The translations under genes and the position numbers were made by a program. A DNA stretch of 54,754 nucleotides from Candidatus Dojkabacteria bacterium UBA2022 (GTDB taxonomy: Bacteria; Patescibacteriota; Dojkabacteria; SC72), in contig DDBW01000010.1 in NCBI GenBank assembly GCA_002335495.1, positions 1 through 54,754 of the forward strand. Reading direction: 5' to 3'. Of this stretch, positions 1 to 8,538 are shown piece by piece. Positions within the stretch are counted from its first letter, which is position 1; every line of letters begins with the position of its first letter. The notes beneath the pieces were generated by a model. It saw only the letters and a list, made by a program, of their open reading frames with translations, was not told the DNA's origin and did not search any database.

Positions 1-13
1 GCTCTTCCGATCT
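1..13. other. Sequencing adapter remnant (GCTCTTCCGATCT) at contig end
   Basis: The first 13 nt are identical to the 3' end of the Illumina TruSeq adapter, so this is not biological sequence. Confidence 0.8.
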
Positions 14-15
14 TA

Positions 16-465
16 TCTAAGTTCAACCCGCAGATAATCAGCCAGAATGAAAATACTCTTGATGTCTTGATAGATGGGGTAAAGGTTTCATTTCTGGAAT
101 ACAAATACAAAATGAATTCTCCCTTAAAAACTTTCGAGGGAGTAAACGTTGCGGATATTATAGACATTGCATGCATGAAATTAACAGCAGTTTCCTCAAG
201 GGGTTCGAAGAAAGATTTTATTGATCTATATTTCATTCTTCAGCAATACCCACTTGAGTATTTACTTGAGCAGTTCAAGAGTAAGTATGTGGGAGTACAG
301 TATAGTATAAAACATATACTGAAATCTCTGATATACTTTGAAGACGCAGAGCAAGATCCAGAGGTAGACTATCTGAACGGAGAAGGGGTTAGTTGGGATT
401 TAGTAAAAAGTAAAATAGTCGAAATAACTGAAGATTACTTAAAAGGCATACAATCAGAGATATGA
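16..465 (+). CDS. AbiEii/DUF1814-type nucleotidyltransferase toxin, C-terminal part; 5' end cut by contig edge
   Basis: Frame 1 is open from nt 1, with no stop before the TTG at 67 used by the ORF track, so the gene is truncated. The block CMKLTAVSSRGSKKDFIDLYFIL resembles the conserved K..A...R...KD..DL block of AbiEii-family toxins. TGA stop at 463-465. Confidence 0.55.
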   Translation, partial: SKFNPQIISQNENTLDVLIDGVKVSFLEYKYKMNSPLKTFEGVNVADIIDIACMKLTAVSSRGSKKDFIDLYFILQQYPLEYLLEQFKSKYVGVQYSIKHILKSLIYFEDAEQDPEVDYLNGEGVSWDLVKSKIVEITEDYLKGIQSEI

Positions 466-1073
466 GAGGTAACTATATAAAGAGGCTCAATACGAGCAAG
501 AAAGTTTTAAGTATACTTACGCTGAGCGACTTTAGTACATGGTCCAGTGCAAACTTAACCGGAGTAATATTTACCCTATTTGCGCTAGAACACATTAAGG
601 ATGCAACGATAACGGATGTGGGATTCTCATCTCTGCTTTTCTTGAGCGTGAGCGCTATTTTAAATATTCCTCTTGGAAGGCTTCTTGATAGAACAAGAGG
701 TTTTCTTGATGAGAATTATGTACTTGTAGCATCATCAGTTGTACGAGGAGGTGCTTTGATTCTCCTGGCATTTTCAACCCAGCTTTGGCAATTGTACCTG
801 CTGCAGGCGATACTTGGTGTAGCAAGATCTATGAACTACGTATCCTGGAGAGTACTTTTCAGTAAGTTCTTGGATCCTAAGCATGTTGCAGAGCAGTGGA
901 GCGTATATGACTCAATTATTGCAATTGGGCTTGGATTTGCAGCTTTAATTGGAGGATATCTTGGAGATAACTTCCCATATACCTATGTTATTTTCATAGC
1001 AGGGGTAGTTACAATTATTGGAGGGGTATTCCCACTGTTTATACATAAAGAGATCAAAGAGACGGTACAGTAA
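462..1073 (+). CDS. Half-size (about 6 TM) MFS-like membrane protein
   Basis: The 203-aa product is mostly hydrophobic helices. GRLLDRTRG resembles MFS motif A (G..DR.GR). The ATG overlaps the upstream stop (ATGA at 462-465). Confidence 0.5.
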   Translation: MRGNYIKRLNTSKKVLSILTLSDFSTWSSANLTGVIFTLFALEHIKDATITDVGFSSLLFLSVSAILNIPLGRLLDRTRGFLDENYVLVASSVVRGGALILLAFSTQLWQLYLLQAILGVARSMNYVSWRVLFSKFLDPKHVAEQWSVYDSIIAIGLGFAALIGGYLGDNFPYTYVIFIAGVVTIIGGVFPLFIHKEIKETVQ

Positions 1074-1093
1074 TTTGGCTGTATTATTTAAAT

Positions 1094-1972
1094 ATGAAAA
1101 TATCTAGAGCATACTTTCTTCCTATAGCACTTCTTCTGTTTATTTTTGCATCTCTAATCGTTGCATATGTATATTTCGGGTTTGATTTTGTTAAATGGAA
1201 TGAGAAGGGGAGGGTGATTGAAACAGAGCAGAAAGATGATGGGAAGGTTCCTGATTCTCAGTCAGAGTTGCCTAAGCCCAATCCTCCGGAAGAGCCTAAA
1301 AAAGAGGAGCCTCCTGTGGTTCCGGCAAAGCCAACAAATCCTAATCCTCCTTCAACAAAGAATTGGTGGGAATATCCAACTAATATAAAAAATGTTTCTA
1401 AATCAGGAGACGATTTACTGGTTTTGGTGAATAAGGAGTATAGGCTGCCATCAAACTATGCTCCAAAGGACCTAGTACTGGCTGAAACGAGTGGTACTAG
1501 GGTAAAGGCAAAAGGATCATACTATGTAAGGTCTGTTGTAATTGAGGATCTTAAGGGGCTTGCAGCCCAGGCAAAAAAGGATGGGGTAGATATATCAGTT
1601 ATTTCTGCATACAGATCATATAGTACCCAGGCGAGTACATATCAGTATTGGGTTAACTATAATAACGGGTGTGTGAGTTGTGCGGATAAAATTTCTGCGC
1701 GTCCTGGGCATAGTCAGCATCAGTTAGGAACTGCAATAGATTTTAGTAGTAGTGAGATAGGGGATAGGTTGGGGAGTGAGTTTGATGGTACAAAGGCAAG
1801 TGCATGGTTACTTGCAAATGGATGGAGGTATGGGTTTGTAATAGCATATCCAAAAGGTTATGAGAGTGTAACTGGCTATAGTCATGAGAGTTGGCACTAC
1901 AGATATATTGGGAAAGCGAATGCGGCTAGTATGAAAAGTAGCGGGGAGATATTGGAGGTGTGGTTGAGGTAA
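1094..1972 (+). CDS. VanY/peptidase M15B D-alanyl-D-alanine carboxypeptidase, N-terminal TM anchor and Pro-rich linker
   Basis: Motifs SAYRSYSTQ, PGHSQHQLGTAIDF and ESWHYRYIG match the Zn-ligand and catalytic blocks of VanY-type enzymes. Confidence 0.85.
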   Translation: MKISRAYFLPIALLLFIFASLIVAYVYFGFDFVKWNEKGRVIETEQKDDGKVPDSQSELPKPNPPEEPKKEEPPVVPAKPTNPNPPSTKNWWEYPTNIKNVSKSGDDLLVLVNKEYRLPSNYAPKDLVLAETSGTRVKAKGSYYVRSVVIEDLKGLAAQAKKDGVDISVISAYRSYSTQASTYQYWVNYNNGCVSCADKISARPGHSQHQLGTAIDFSSSEIGDRLGSEFDGTKASAWLLANGWRYGFVIAYPKGYESVTGYSHESWHYRYIGKANAASMKSSGEILEVWLR

Positions 1973-2053
1973 CGGTTGCATAACCCATTTTAACAGTTCC
2001 AAGATAAATGAAGATTATGTATAATAGCGACATAAATTTGAATCATATAGATC

Positions 2054-2377
2054 ATGGTACAAATAATTGGCAAAGAAAGAGAAGGACAAGAAGATATCAT
2101 ACTTGAAGAAAATGCTACATATAAAATAACTCAGGGGACTGTTGTTGCGTTTGAATATGATTTTGATGGAATAACCGAGATTGCAAAGAACAAAACCGAA
2201 CTGGGAGAGGGAGCTGTTTTTGAGGTAGTAAATTCGGATTACTCCGAAGAGTATGAACTGATGGATGGTAGTGGGAAAAGTGTAAACGGTATTCTTGTCA
2301 GCATTGAGTTTGATATGTATATACTACTAGATGGGGATTATACTTTAGAACAAATACCAGGAGGCGACTTATTCTAA
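2054..2377 (+). CDS. Hypothetical acidic protein (107 aa)
   Basis: ORF only; no motif recognised. It converges on the next gene with a 4-nt overlap. Confidence 0.45.
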   Translation: MVQIIGKEREGQEDIILEENATYKITQGTVVAFEYDFDGITEIAKNKTELGEGAVFEVVNSDYSEEYELMDGSGKSVNGILVSIEFDMYILLDGDYTLEQIPGGDLF

Positions 2378-3273
2378 ATAGGTAAATTAATATCTGCCTT
2401 CCTTACCTTAACAATCTTCATCATACCGTTACTCAATCGTTTATCCACGGCTGCATATCCATATTCCAAAGCAGGACCTTCCATTGCGTCGAGTTTATTT
2501 AAAATATCACGACGACTTTTGATATATCCAAGAGTACCAGTTATCATTGATGCTCCGACAGCAATTACCTTATCCATATTTATTGATGGGGAAGGAGGTA
2601 GTAAATTTAAGGTTATAAGTGGGCCTATGAATCCACCTAAGAGGACAGGCGAGGCCTTCAAGAGAGTAGAGATCACGTCCTTTATACTCGAGAATCCATT
2701 TTGTTTCGCATGTTTTAGTTCATGTGCCATAACTTCCATAACGCCAGTGCGAAATGCGAACTTATTCAGCTTACTTAAAATATCTAGCCTTTGATCAATT
2801 GGGGCATTCAAAAGTATATCGTCAAGCCTATCAGCGTGAACATCTTTTATAATCGAGTATCCCAGTTCCTGTTTATCAGGGATCCTTATCTCATTAATGC
2901 CTTCTCCCATATGCTTACATAAGTCATCGTATATTTTCTGACCGTAGATTCTCACAACTCTTTTACCGTTTTCCATCCACGCTTTGCACACTCCCATTGT
3001 TCGATCAGTTCTTTTATCTATATCTATTAGATCAGTAATAGGAGAGAAAAGTGAAGATTCAGAAAACTCATCTATTCCATCGCCAGCAATCTCAACTCGT
3101 ATTTTTGCAATTTCATCAGGGGCAATCTCTAAATCAGACCCAAGAAACTGAGCTAACTCTTCAGTGTCGATATCTATAAAATAGGGGAGATTTGGGGTAC
3201 CAAACTCACCAATGTGAACAATCTCAGGGAGTTTTCTTTCTTTTTCAGTATATTGGGAAATTCCTTCCGTCAT
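2374..3273 (-). CDS. HExxH protein with hydrophobic hairpin after the motif (putative M48/M56-style membrane Zn-metalloprotease)
   Basis: MAHELKH (HExxH) is followed by two hydrophobic segments (LLKASPVLLGGFIGPLITLNLL; VIAVGASMITGTLGYI) and then EGPALE. There is no signal peptide. Confidence 0.5.
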   Translation of the reverse strand: MTEGISQYTEKERKLPEIVHIGEFGTPNLPYFIDIDTEELAQFLGSDLEIAPDEIAKIRVEIAGDGIDEFSESSLFSPITDLIDIDKRTDRTMGVCKAWMENGKRVVRIYGQKIYDDLCKHMGEGINEIRIPDKQELGYSIIKDVHADRLDDILLNAPIDQRLDILSKLNKFAFRTGVMEVMAHELKHAKQNGFSSIKDVISTLLKASPVLLGGFIGPLITLNLLPPSPSINMDKVIAVGASMITGTLGYIKSRRDILNKLDAMEGPALEYGYAAVDKRLSNGMMKIVKVRKADINLPI

Positions 3274-3391
3274 TATAGAAATAATCTATACGAAGAAAGT
3301 TGTTTTTACAAGGAAGTTTAAAAATACTTATTAGTTATATTTCTTTCTACATAATAAATACAAGATATTTTCTTATATTCAATATGCAGAA

Positions 3392-3406
3392 AGCAGTGAA
3401 GATGAA
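3392..3406. repeat. Left arm of perfect 15-bp inverted repeat (AGCAGTGAAGATGAA) flanking GC-rich cassette
   Basis: The exact reverse complement lies at 4340-4354. Confidence 0.7.
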
Positions 3407-3419
3407 GAAGGTCGAGTAA

Positions 3420-3451
3420 GCCACCACGGCATATGTATTAGCCGTGGTGGC
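3420..3451 (-). terminator. GC-rich hairpin downstream of the lipoprotein gene
   Basis: gccaccacggc / 10-nt loop / gccgtggtggc gives an 11-bp perfect stem, 15 nt past the stop at 3466. The U-tract on the minus strand is weak. Confidence 0.55.
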
Positions 3452-3465
3452 ACTCTCTTCAATTT

Positions 3466-4212
3466 TTAATGCTGCAATAAATCGCGGATGGTAACCCACT
3501 CCTTCTGCGCCTGAGCGCGGAATTCACGAGAATCCCATTCAACGATCATACAACCACCTCCAGAAGGTGCGCTTGGTAATTGCTTACCGATAATTTCAGC
3601 GACCTGAAAGTTCATGCCCCACCAGGCTTCATCAATCCCCAATGCAGGGTGAAGCGGTGCATATCCATGCGAACAATGGATAGATACGTATGAGGACATC
3701 GAACTGAACATGCTGGAAGAGATTGTGTCGCCGTTGCCGAAACGAACACGAACATGAGAGCGATACGGAGAGCCATCCATCGTGAGAAACTTCTCAAGAG
3801 TAAGGCTATTCGGATCGCAGATATCGGCACGACCGTCTTGCACATCGGTTGCTTCGTATAACCACTGAGGGCCAACGGCATTACCGACTTCGTCACAGAC
3901 AACATCATTACTGACAACAGTCTGGGACGGTAACACTACCGGGGTGGCACTCGCAGCCGACACAGGCACCGGAGTTTCATTGACAGGAGTAGATCCAGGT
4001 TGTAAACCCGAGCCTGCCCATAAAGCGGTTACGGTTTGTTCGACCGAGACAGCTTGCTGGGTACCTGCGATTTGCGTTTGAGCCATTTGAACTTCGTTGA
4101 GAGGTTCGGCTACAGGAGAATCATCACCTAAGCACGCGCTCACGAACAAAGCCAAGATGATTCCCAAAACGCTAAGGACAAAAATGTTAGAGCGGTAGAA
4201 CGGTTGTTTCAT
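3466..4212 (-). CDS. Predicted lipoprotein of unknown function in a GC-rich insert (248 aa)
   Basis: Taking the start at internal Met31 (ATG at 4212) gives MKQPFYRSNIFVLSVLGIILALFVSAC, a signal peptide with lipobox VSAC. The mature part has four further Cys. G+C is clearly above the flanks. Confidence 0.7.
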   Translation of the reverse strand: MKQPFYRSNIFVLSVLGIILALFVSACLGDDSPVAEPLNEVQMAQTQIAGTQQAVSVEQTVTALWAGSGLQPGSTPVNETPVPVSAASATPVVLPSQTVVSNDVVCDEVGNAVGPQWLYEATDVQDGRADICDPNSLTLEKFLTMDGSPYRSHVRVRFGNGDTISSSMFSSMSSYVSIHCSHGYAPLHPALGIDEAWWGMNFQVAEIIGKQLPSAPSGGGCMIVEWDSREFRAQAQKEWVTIRDLLQH

Positions 4213-4339
4213 TTCAATCTCCATTTCTTTTTGATCGTCGAGGTCTTCTTCGACGTTGATACAATACAAACTACTGTTAACAAGTAGTCTAAATAGTATC
4301 AACGCCTGTTAGAAATCGACGTTAGAAAAGGGGGAAACA

Positions 4340-4354
4340 TTCATCTTCACTGCT
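4340..4354. repeat. Right arm of 15-bp inverted repeat (TTCATCTTCACTGCT)
   Basis: Reverse complement of 3392-3406. Confidence 0.7.
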
Positions 4355-4477
4355 ATAACCTACAGTAATTGGAATAAAACCATACTGTAAGTATTTTTAA
4401 AGAACAGTCTAAATTAAATTAGACTATACCTCACGTGCATTATACTAAAAAGGGAAATATTTGTAAACTATAGGGTA

Positions 4478-5581
4478 TTATTTGAATAATGGAATACTCA
4501 CAGCTTCTTTAAAAGCTTTGAGACTATTGTACGAACTATTCACACTCCAGTTAATACCAGGATGAGTAGGGTCACTCTTATTTTCCAAAGTGATAATACC
4601 AACCAACCTTGGGTTATCCTGCATCATACGAATACATTCTGAAATCCATTCATCCTTAAGACCACCCCTCTCTGTAGAACCAAACTCAACAACAATTACA
4701 GGACGATCTATAGAACGAATTACACTGTACTGTTTAATATACTGCTCATCACACCTCTTCCATCTTCTATCACTAGGATTACCATCGGCTCCATGATTTA
4801 GAACTGTAAGACCAAGATAGTCTACATAGGTATCACCAGGATAGTATCTCAATGTTGTATCAGGCCAGAACATAACAGGGTTCCACATATACCTAACATT
4901 AAGGGCTCCTTCTTCTCTAAATATATCAACAATTCTTTGATATGCCTTCACATAGGCTTCAGGTCGTCCTTGCCATGGATACCAACTCTGTTCACCAGGA
5001 AAGGTAGACTGCTCATGACCGAACCTAAGAATATATAGAGACCCAAATGCTCTAGAAGCTCGAGCCCATTCTCTTATATACTCATCATGAAGACCTACTG
5101 ATATAGCTTCTAAACTATACTTAGTATCAATCAATGTGGGGTTCTTAAAATCTCTTTTCCAAGGTTCCCAAGTTACTATTGGAACAATATCTCTTTTATC
5201 AAGTTCATTTAGCAAGGCAGAAGGAAACTCTTTATCGAAATCATCCCAAGCTCTAAAAAGCAAAACAAACTGAAGACGATGACCTATTAGATTTTGATAC
5301 TTATCAATCTCGGAAACCTTAGTTTCATCAAAAAGTCCGAAAATGTAAGCTCCAAGACCAATTCTACCCAGGGGGTTAAGAGTAATATCGGGGTCGGTAA
5401 TAATAGGGGAGTCTGGGGTTCCAGTATTAACAGTAGTTAATCCACTTATTAAAAGAATCTCTGATTCAATTTTCCCAACAATGGAGTAGAATCTATCTGG
5501 ACCTAAAAATCTGTAGGTAAGCAGGATAGTGAAAAGGGCAACAACAATTGTGAATAGGAACCTGTATCTATTGCTATCCAT
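4478..5581 (-). CDS. Membrane-anchored clan GH-A glycoside hydrolase (GH26-like)
   Basis: There is an N-terminal TM helix. LRFGHEQS (acid/base HE) and VIVVEFGS (nucleophile EFG) have the spacing and pattern of GH26/GH5-type (beta/alpha)8 hydrolases. Confidence 0.55.
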   Translation of the reverse strand: MDSNRYRFLFTIVVALFTILLTYRFLGPDRFYSIVGKIESEILLISGLTTVNTGTPDSPIITDPDITLNPLGRIGLGAYIFGLFDETKVSEIDKYQNLIGHRLQFVLLFRAWDDFDKEFPSALLNELDKRDIVPIVTWEPWKRDFKNPTLIDTKYSLEAISVGLHDEYIREWARASRAFGSLYILRFGHEQSTFPGEQSWYPWQGRPEAYVKAYQRIVDIFREEGALNVRYMWNPVMFWPDTTLRYYPGDTYVDYLGLTVLNHGADGNPSDRRWKRCDEQYIKQYSVIRSIDRPVIVVEFGSTERGGLKDEWISECIRMMQDNPRLVGIITLENKSDPTHPGINWSVNSSYNSLKAFKEAVSIPLFK

Positions 5582-5657
5582 ATTACTATAGGTTGTTTTA
5601 AGTCTAAAATAGAGGTATAATTAAAGGCTAAATGATAATAACATATTTTATTGTTAG

Positions 5658-7229
5658 ATGAAGAATTTAGAAACAAGAACAATTGGATTGATACTATTGA
5701 TCAGCGGGGCTCTATACTTGAGCTGGGTCGTTGCACATATAAATACGCAGCACCTATGGTTCTCATTATTCTCACTGCTAATATCTGTATTCAGTGTAAT
5801 TTCAAGTATCCTTCTTGTTATAAACAACTGGTCATGGAAAAGACCGGTTATACATAAACTGGCTCACGGTAATGAGCCAAAGGTTGGAATTATTATCCCT
5901 ACATGGAGCGAAGATCCAAAATTAGTGCAAAGTGTAGCCAAGTCAGTATTGGCGCAGGACTACCCATTAGAAAAAATTGTACTTGTTATATCAGACGACG
6001 CTAGAAACGAGGAGCTAGAAGCCCTTACCTATCAATTAATGAACCAGTATCCTACAGCTAGCATCATATATCATACCCCTCCTAAAAAGGGAGATCCTTT
6101 GAGAAAAGGAGAGGGTAAAGCAGGTAATTTGAACTCAGCTTTAGAATTATTAAGCAGAGATCCAAGTATTCACTTTATAGAAACTAGAGATGCTGATGAC
6201 TTTGTTGTAGATAAGAACTTCTTAAGAATCGTTACCGCCCATCTCGTTAGAGATGAGAAACTTGCCTTTGTTCAAACAATAAAGAAGTCAAAAGTAAATG
6301 CGAATGATTCGTTCTCAAACAACGAGACTCTCTTCTACCACAGTTTGATGCTTTCAAAGAACGCAGCTAATGCAGTATTCCCTTGTGGATCAGGATTGCT
6401 ATGGAGAAAGGAAGCACTACTAGATATAGATGGATTCCCAAGCTGGAACTTGGTAGAAGACTTCCAATCAGGACTTGAGGCATTAAGAAGAGGGTGGAAA
6501 GGGGAGTTCGTTCCAATAGTTGGAGCATATACTAAAACCCCTCCTGAAGATATACCTAATGTATACAAACAGAGAGGAACATGGGCGGCAGATTCATTAA
6601 GATTGATGTTCTATTTAAATAAGAAGGGGTTAACATTAAGACAGAAGCTACATTTTATAGAACCCGGTTGGTTCTATATATTCTCAGGTGCATACTTCTT
6701 ATCAGGCCTTATACCTGTCATAACATTGATGTACGGAATTCTACCTGTAACTCAAGGTGGTTTTGACTACTTTATTAATGTAACTCCATATATATTATCA
6801 ACATACCTATTCTTACTCTCTCTTGATAGGAAACAAGGGGTAGGGCATAGGGATATAATGAATACCATAAGACTCGGCTTCCAACTCGGACCCGTATACT
6901 TTGGAAGCTTAATTAGAACCCTCATCTATGGAAAGCACAGAAAACCAGCATATAGATTAACAAGAAAATATAACAGACCTGGTATATACTTTGGTAAGAC
7001 ATTTACTCAAACCTTGATGACTGCATTGCTTATCTATGCAACGTACATCCACATAATGAACGCAGGAGGCGATATCACAAAAATAAACCTCTCTACACTA
7101 CCATGGGCCCTTACCCACATATACTTCCTTGGAGGAATGTTTAGACTTAGCGTTTACAAGTTTAATCCATTCAGATTGATTGGTGAAAACATTGGCCTTA
7201 TTCCTAAAACCAAACAAGCTTACCAATAG
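5658..7229 (+). CDS. Processive family-2 glycosyltransferase (cellulose/chitin-synthase-like polysaccharide synthase)
   Basis: IIIPTWSEDP, VISDD, RDADDF (DxD), VEDFQSG (xED) and QRGTW (Q-x-x-R-W type) occur in order, flanked by N- and C-terminal TM helices. Confidence 0.85.
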   Translation: MKNLETRTIGLILLISGALYLSWVVAHINTQHLWFSLFSLLISVFSVISSILLVINNWSWKRPVIHKLAHGNEPKVGIIIPTWSEDPKLVQSVAKSVLAQDYPLEKIVLVISDDARNEELEALTYQLMNQYPTASIIYHTPPKKGDPLRKGEGKAGNLNSALELLSRDPSIHFIETRDADDFVVDKNFLRIVTAHLVRDEKLAFVQTIKKSKVNANDSFSNNETLFYHSLMLSKNAANAVFPCGSGLLWRKEALLDIDGFPSWNLVEDFQSGLEALRRGWKGEFVPIVGAYTKTPPEDIPNVYKQRGTWAADSLRLMFYLNKKGLTLRQKLHFIEPGWFYIFSGAYFLSGLIPVITLMYGILPVTQGGFDYFINVTPYILSTYLFLLSLDRKQGVGHRDIMNTIRLGFQLGPVYFGSLIRTLIYGKHRKPAYRLTRKYNRPGIYFGKTFTQTLMTALLIYATYIHIMNAGGDITKINLSTLPWALTHIYFLGGMFRLSVYKFNPFRLIGENIGLIPKTKQAYQ

Positions 7230-7246
7230 AAAGTTCTAGATATTTA

Positions 7247-8413
7247 TTAAGCAGCGAGGGGAAGTGCTACAGCAGAGCTACCTGCCATATTCTTTTTGTT
7301 TGAATTACTTCCAGCATCAAACCCTCGTACTTTATCAATGATAGTCCATGTAAATGGTTGGTATCCGTAGGCATGATCCATGTAGGCTTGATTACCATCC
7401 TTAAGATCCCCGAAGGTTGTCATAGAGAAACCTTTACGTGCAAGATAGTCAACAAGAACCATCTGCGAAAAGTATGCGGAAGATTCATCCACTATATTTG
7501 CATAATAACCGTCACCGATCCAGGAGTCTTTATTCCTAGACGAAACGTACGAAGCGACATGAGCAACAACAGCAGGGAGCATAAACCATGGATTTACCCC
7601 TATTGCGAGCAATGTAGATGCAATTGTGACTCCGGATAGCATCATTCTCTGTAAGATAAACTTAACCCTTCTATTAATTAACTCAGGATTCTTAGCATGT
7701 ACATCCATATGAATTGCCTCGTGAGCAAGCGCACCTGCCGGAGTATTAATACCTTTAGTGCCTCCCGCATTAACCTTCCAGAAAGCTGCATCTCTAAGAT
7801 AGACATCCTTAGTATCAGTATTCGCAATTGTTAGTGGAGTAGCGGGATTTAATACGTATGCAAACCAGTGAGCTTTATGATAGTAAAGATCTCCAGACTT
7901 CATTAATGATGTAACATCAAAGGTGTTTCCACCCTGACCTCTTTGTAATATTTTAGGAATACTAACACCTTTGGCATTTGAACTTTTACCTTTAACATCA
8001 AAAACTACATCAACGGTGTCACCACCTAATACTTCGTAGTTAACTCTCAGATAACGACCATTAAATGAAGCCTTAAAATCTTTAGTATCAAAGGTCTTAA
8101 ACATTCCTTTAATATGTCTTTTAATCTCTGGATTTTCTGCAATAATCGCATTTTTGTCCATCCTGGAAATATCCTGAAGTTCAATATCAAACAAATCATC
8201 ACTATCTTCTAGTTTCTGCTCATTAAAATACTCTTTTGGTTCAAGCGCAGGTGTGATAACTCTTTCTGAGTATGTCTCAACAATATCATGGACAGGAGGA
8301 ATTGAATCTGAGACAAATTGTTGATCGATTCCTTTTGGTACGGCCCAATTCTTGCGAACATCTTCCCATCCCTGGGAAACAGCCATATTTGTAGTTTGCG
8401 AGGTATTAATCAT
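7247..8413 (-). CDS. HExxH protein with hydrophobic hairpin after the motif (putative membrane Zn-metalloprotease)
   Basis: LAHEAIHMDVH is followed by LSGVTIASTLLAIGV and FMLPAVVAHVASYV, then VDESSAY. This is the same layout as the 2374-3273 product. Confidence 0.5.
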   Translation of the reverse strand: MINTSQTTNMAVSQGWEDVRKNWAVPKGIDQQFVSDSIPPVHDIVETYSERVITPALEPKEYFNEQKLEDSDDLFDIELQDISRMDKNAIIAENPEIKRHIKGMFKTFDTKDFKASFNGRYLRVNYEVLGGDTVDVVFDVKGKSSNAKGVSIPKILQRGQGGNTFDVTSLMKSGDLYYHKAHWFAYVLNPATPLTIANTDTKDVYLRDAAFWKVNAGGTKGINTPAGALAHEAIHMDVHAKNPELINRRVKFILQRMMLSGVTIASTLLAIGVNPWFMLPAVVAHVASYVSSRNKDSWIGDGYYANIVDESSAYFSQMVLVDYLARKGFSMTTFGDLKDGNQAYMDHAYGYQPFTWTIIDKVRGFDAGSNSNKKNMAGSSAVALPLAA

Positions 8414-8473
8414 AGCCTATTATACCCTATAGTACTATCAATTTAAAGTATTTCACTATAAGGCTAAAAGTTA

Positions 8474-8502
8474 TTGACACTACACTAGGAAAGTGATTTT
8501 AT
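8474..8502 (+). promoter_or_regulatory. Candidate sigma70-type promoter for the 8539-18664 operon
   Basis: TTGACA (8474-8479), a 17-nt spacer, then TTTTAT (8497-8502). The -10 element is imperfect. Confidence 0.3.
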
Positions 8503-8538
8503 GTATAAGGGTTATAATAAATTTTTGACGACTGCCAA

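Noticed and set aside
3612-3917. 101-aa alternate-frame ORF within the GC-rich cassette
   Set aside because: GC-rich DNA in an AT-rich genome yields long spurious ORFs. The overlapping frame with a signal peptide and lipobox is the credible one.
3392-4354. GC-rich islands (this one and 14793-15417) as structured ncRNA genes rather than protein genes
   Set aside because: I could find no rRNA, tRNA, RNase P or tmRNA signature strings. The first island encodes a textbook lipoprotein signal, and the second has a consensus SD plus ATG. They are therefore kept as CDS, although the 152-aa call remains only moderately confident.
4406-4425. AGTCTAA-N6-TTAGACT hairpin downstream of the GH26-like gene, as a terminator
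   Set aside because: The stem is only 7 bp, AT-rich, and has no U-tract, which is too weak to call.
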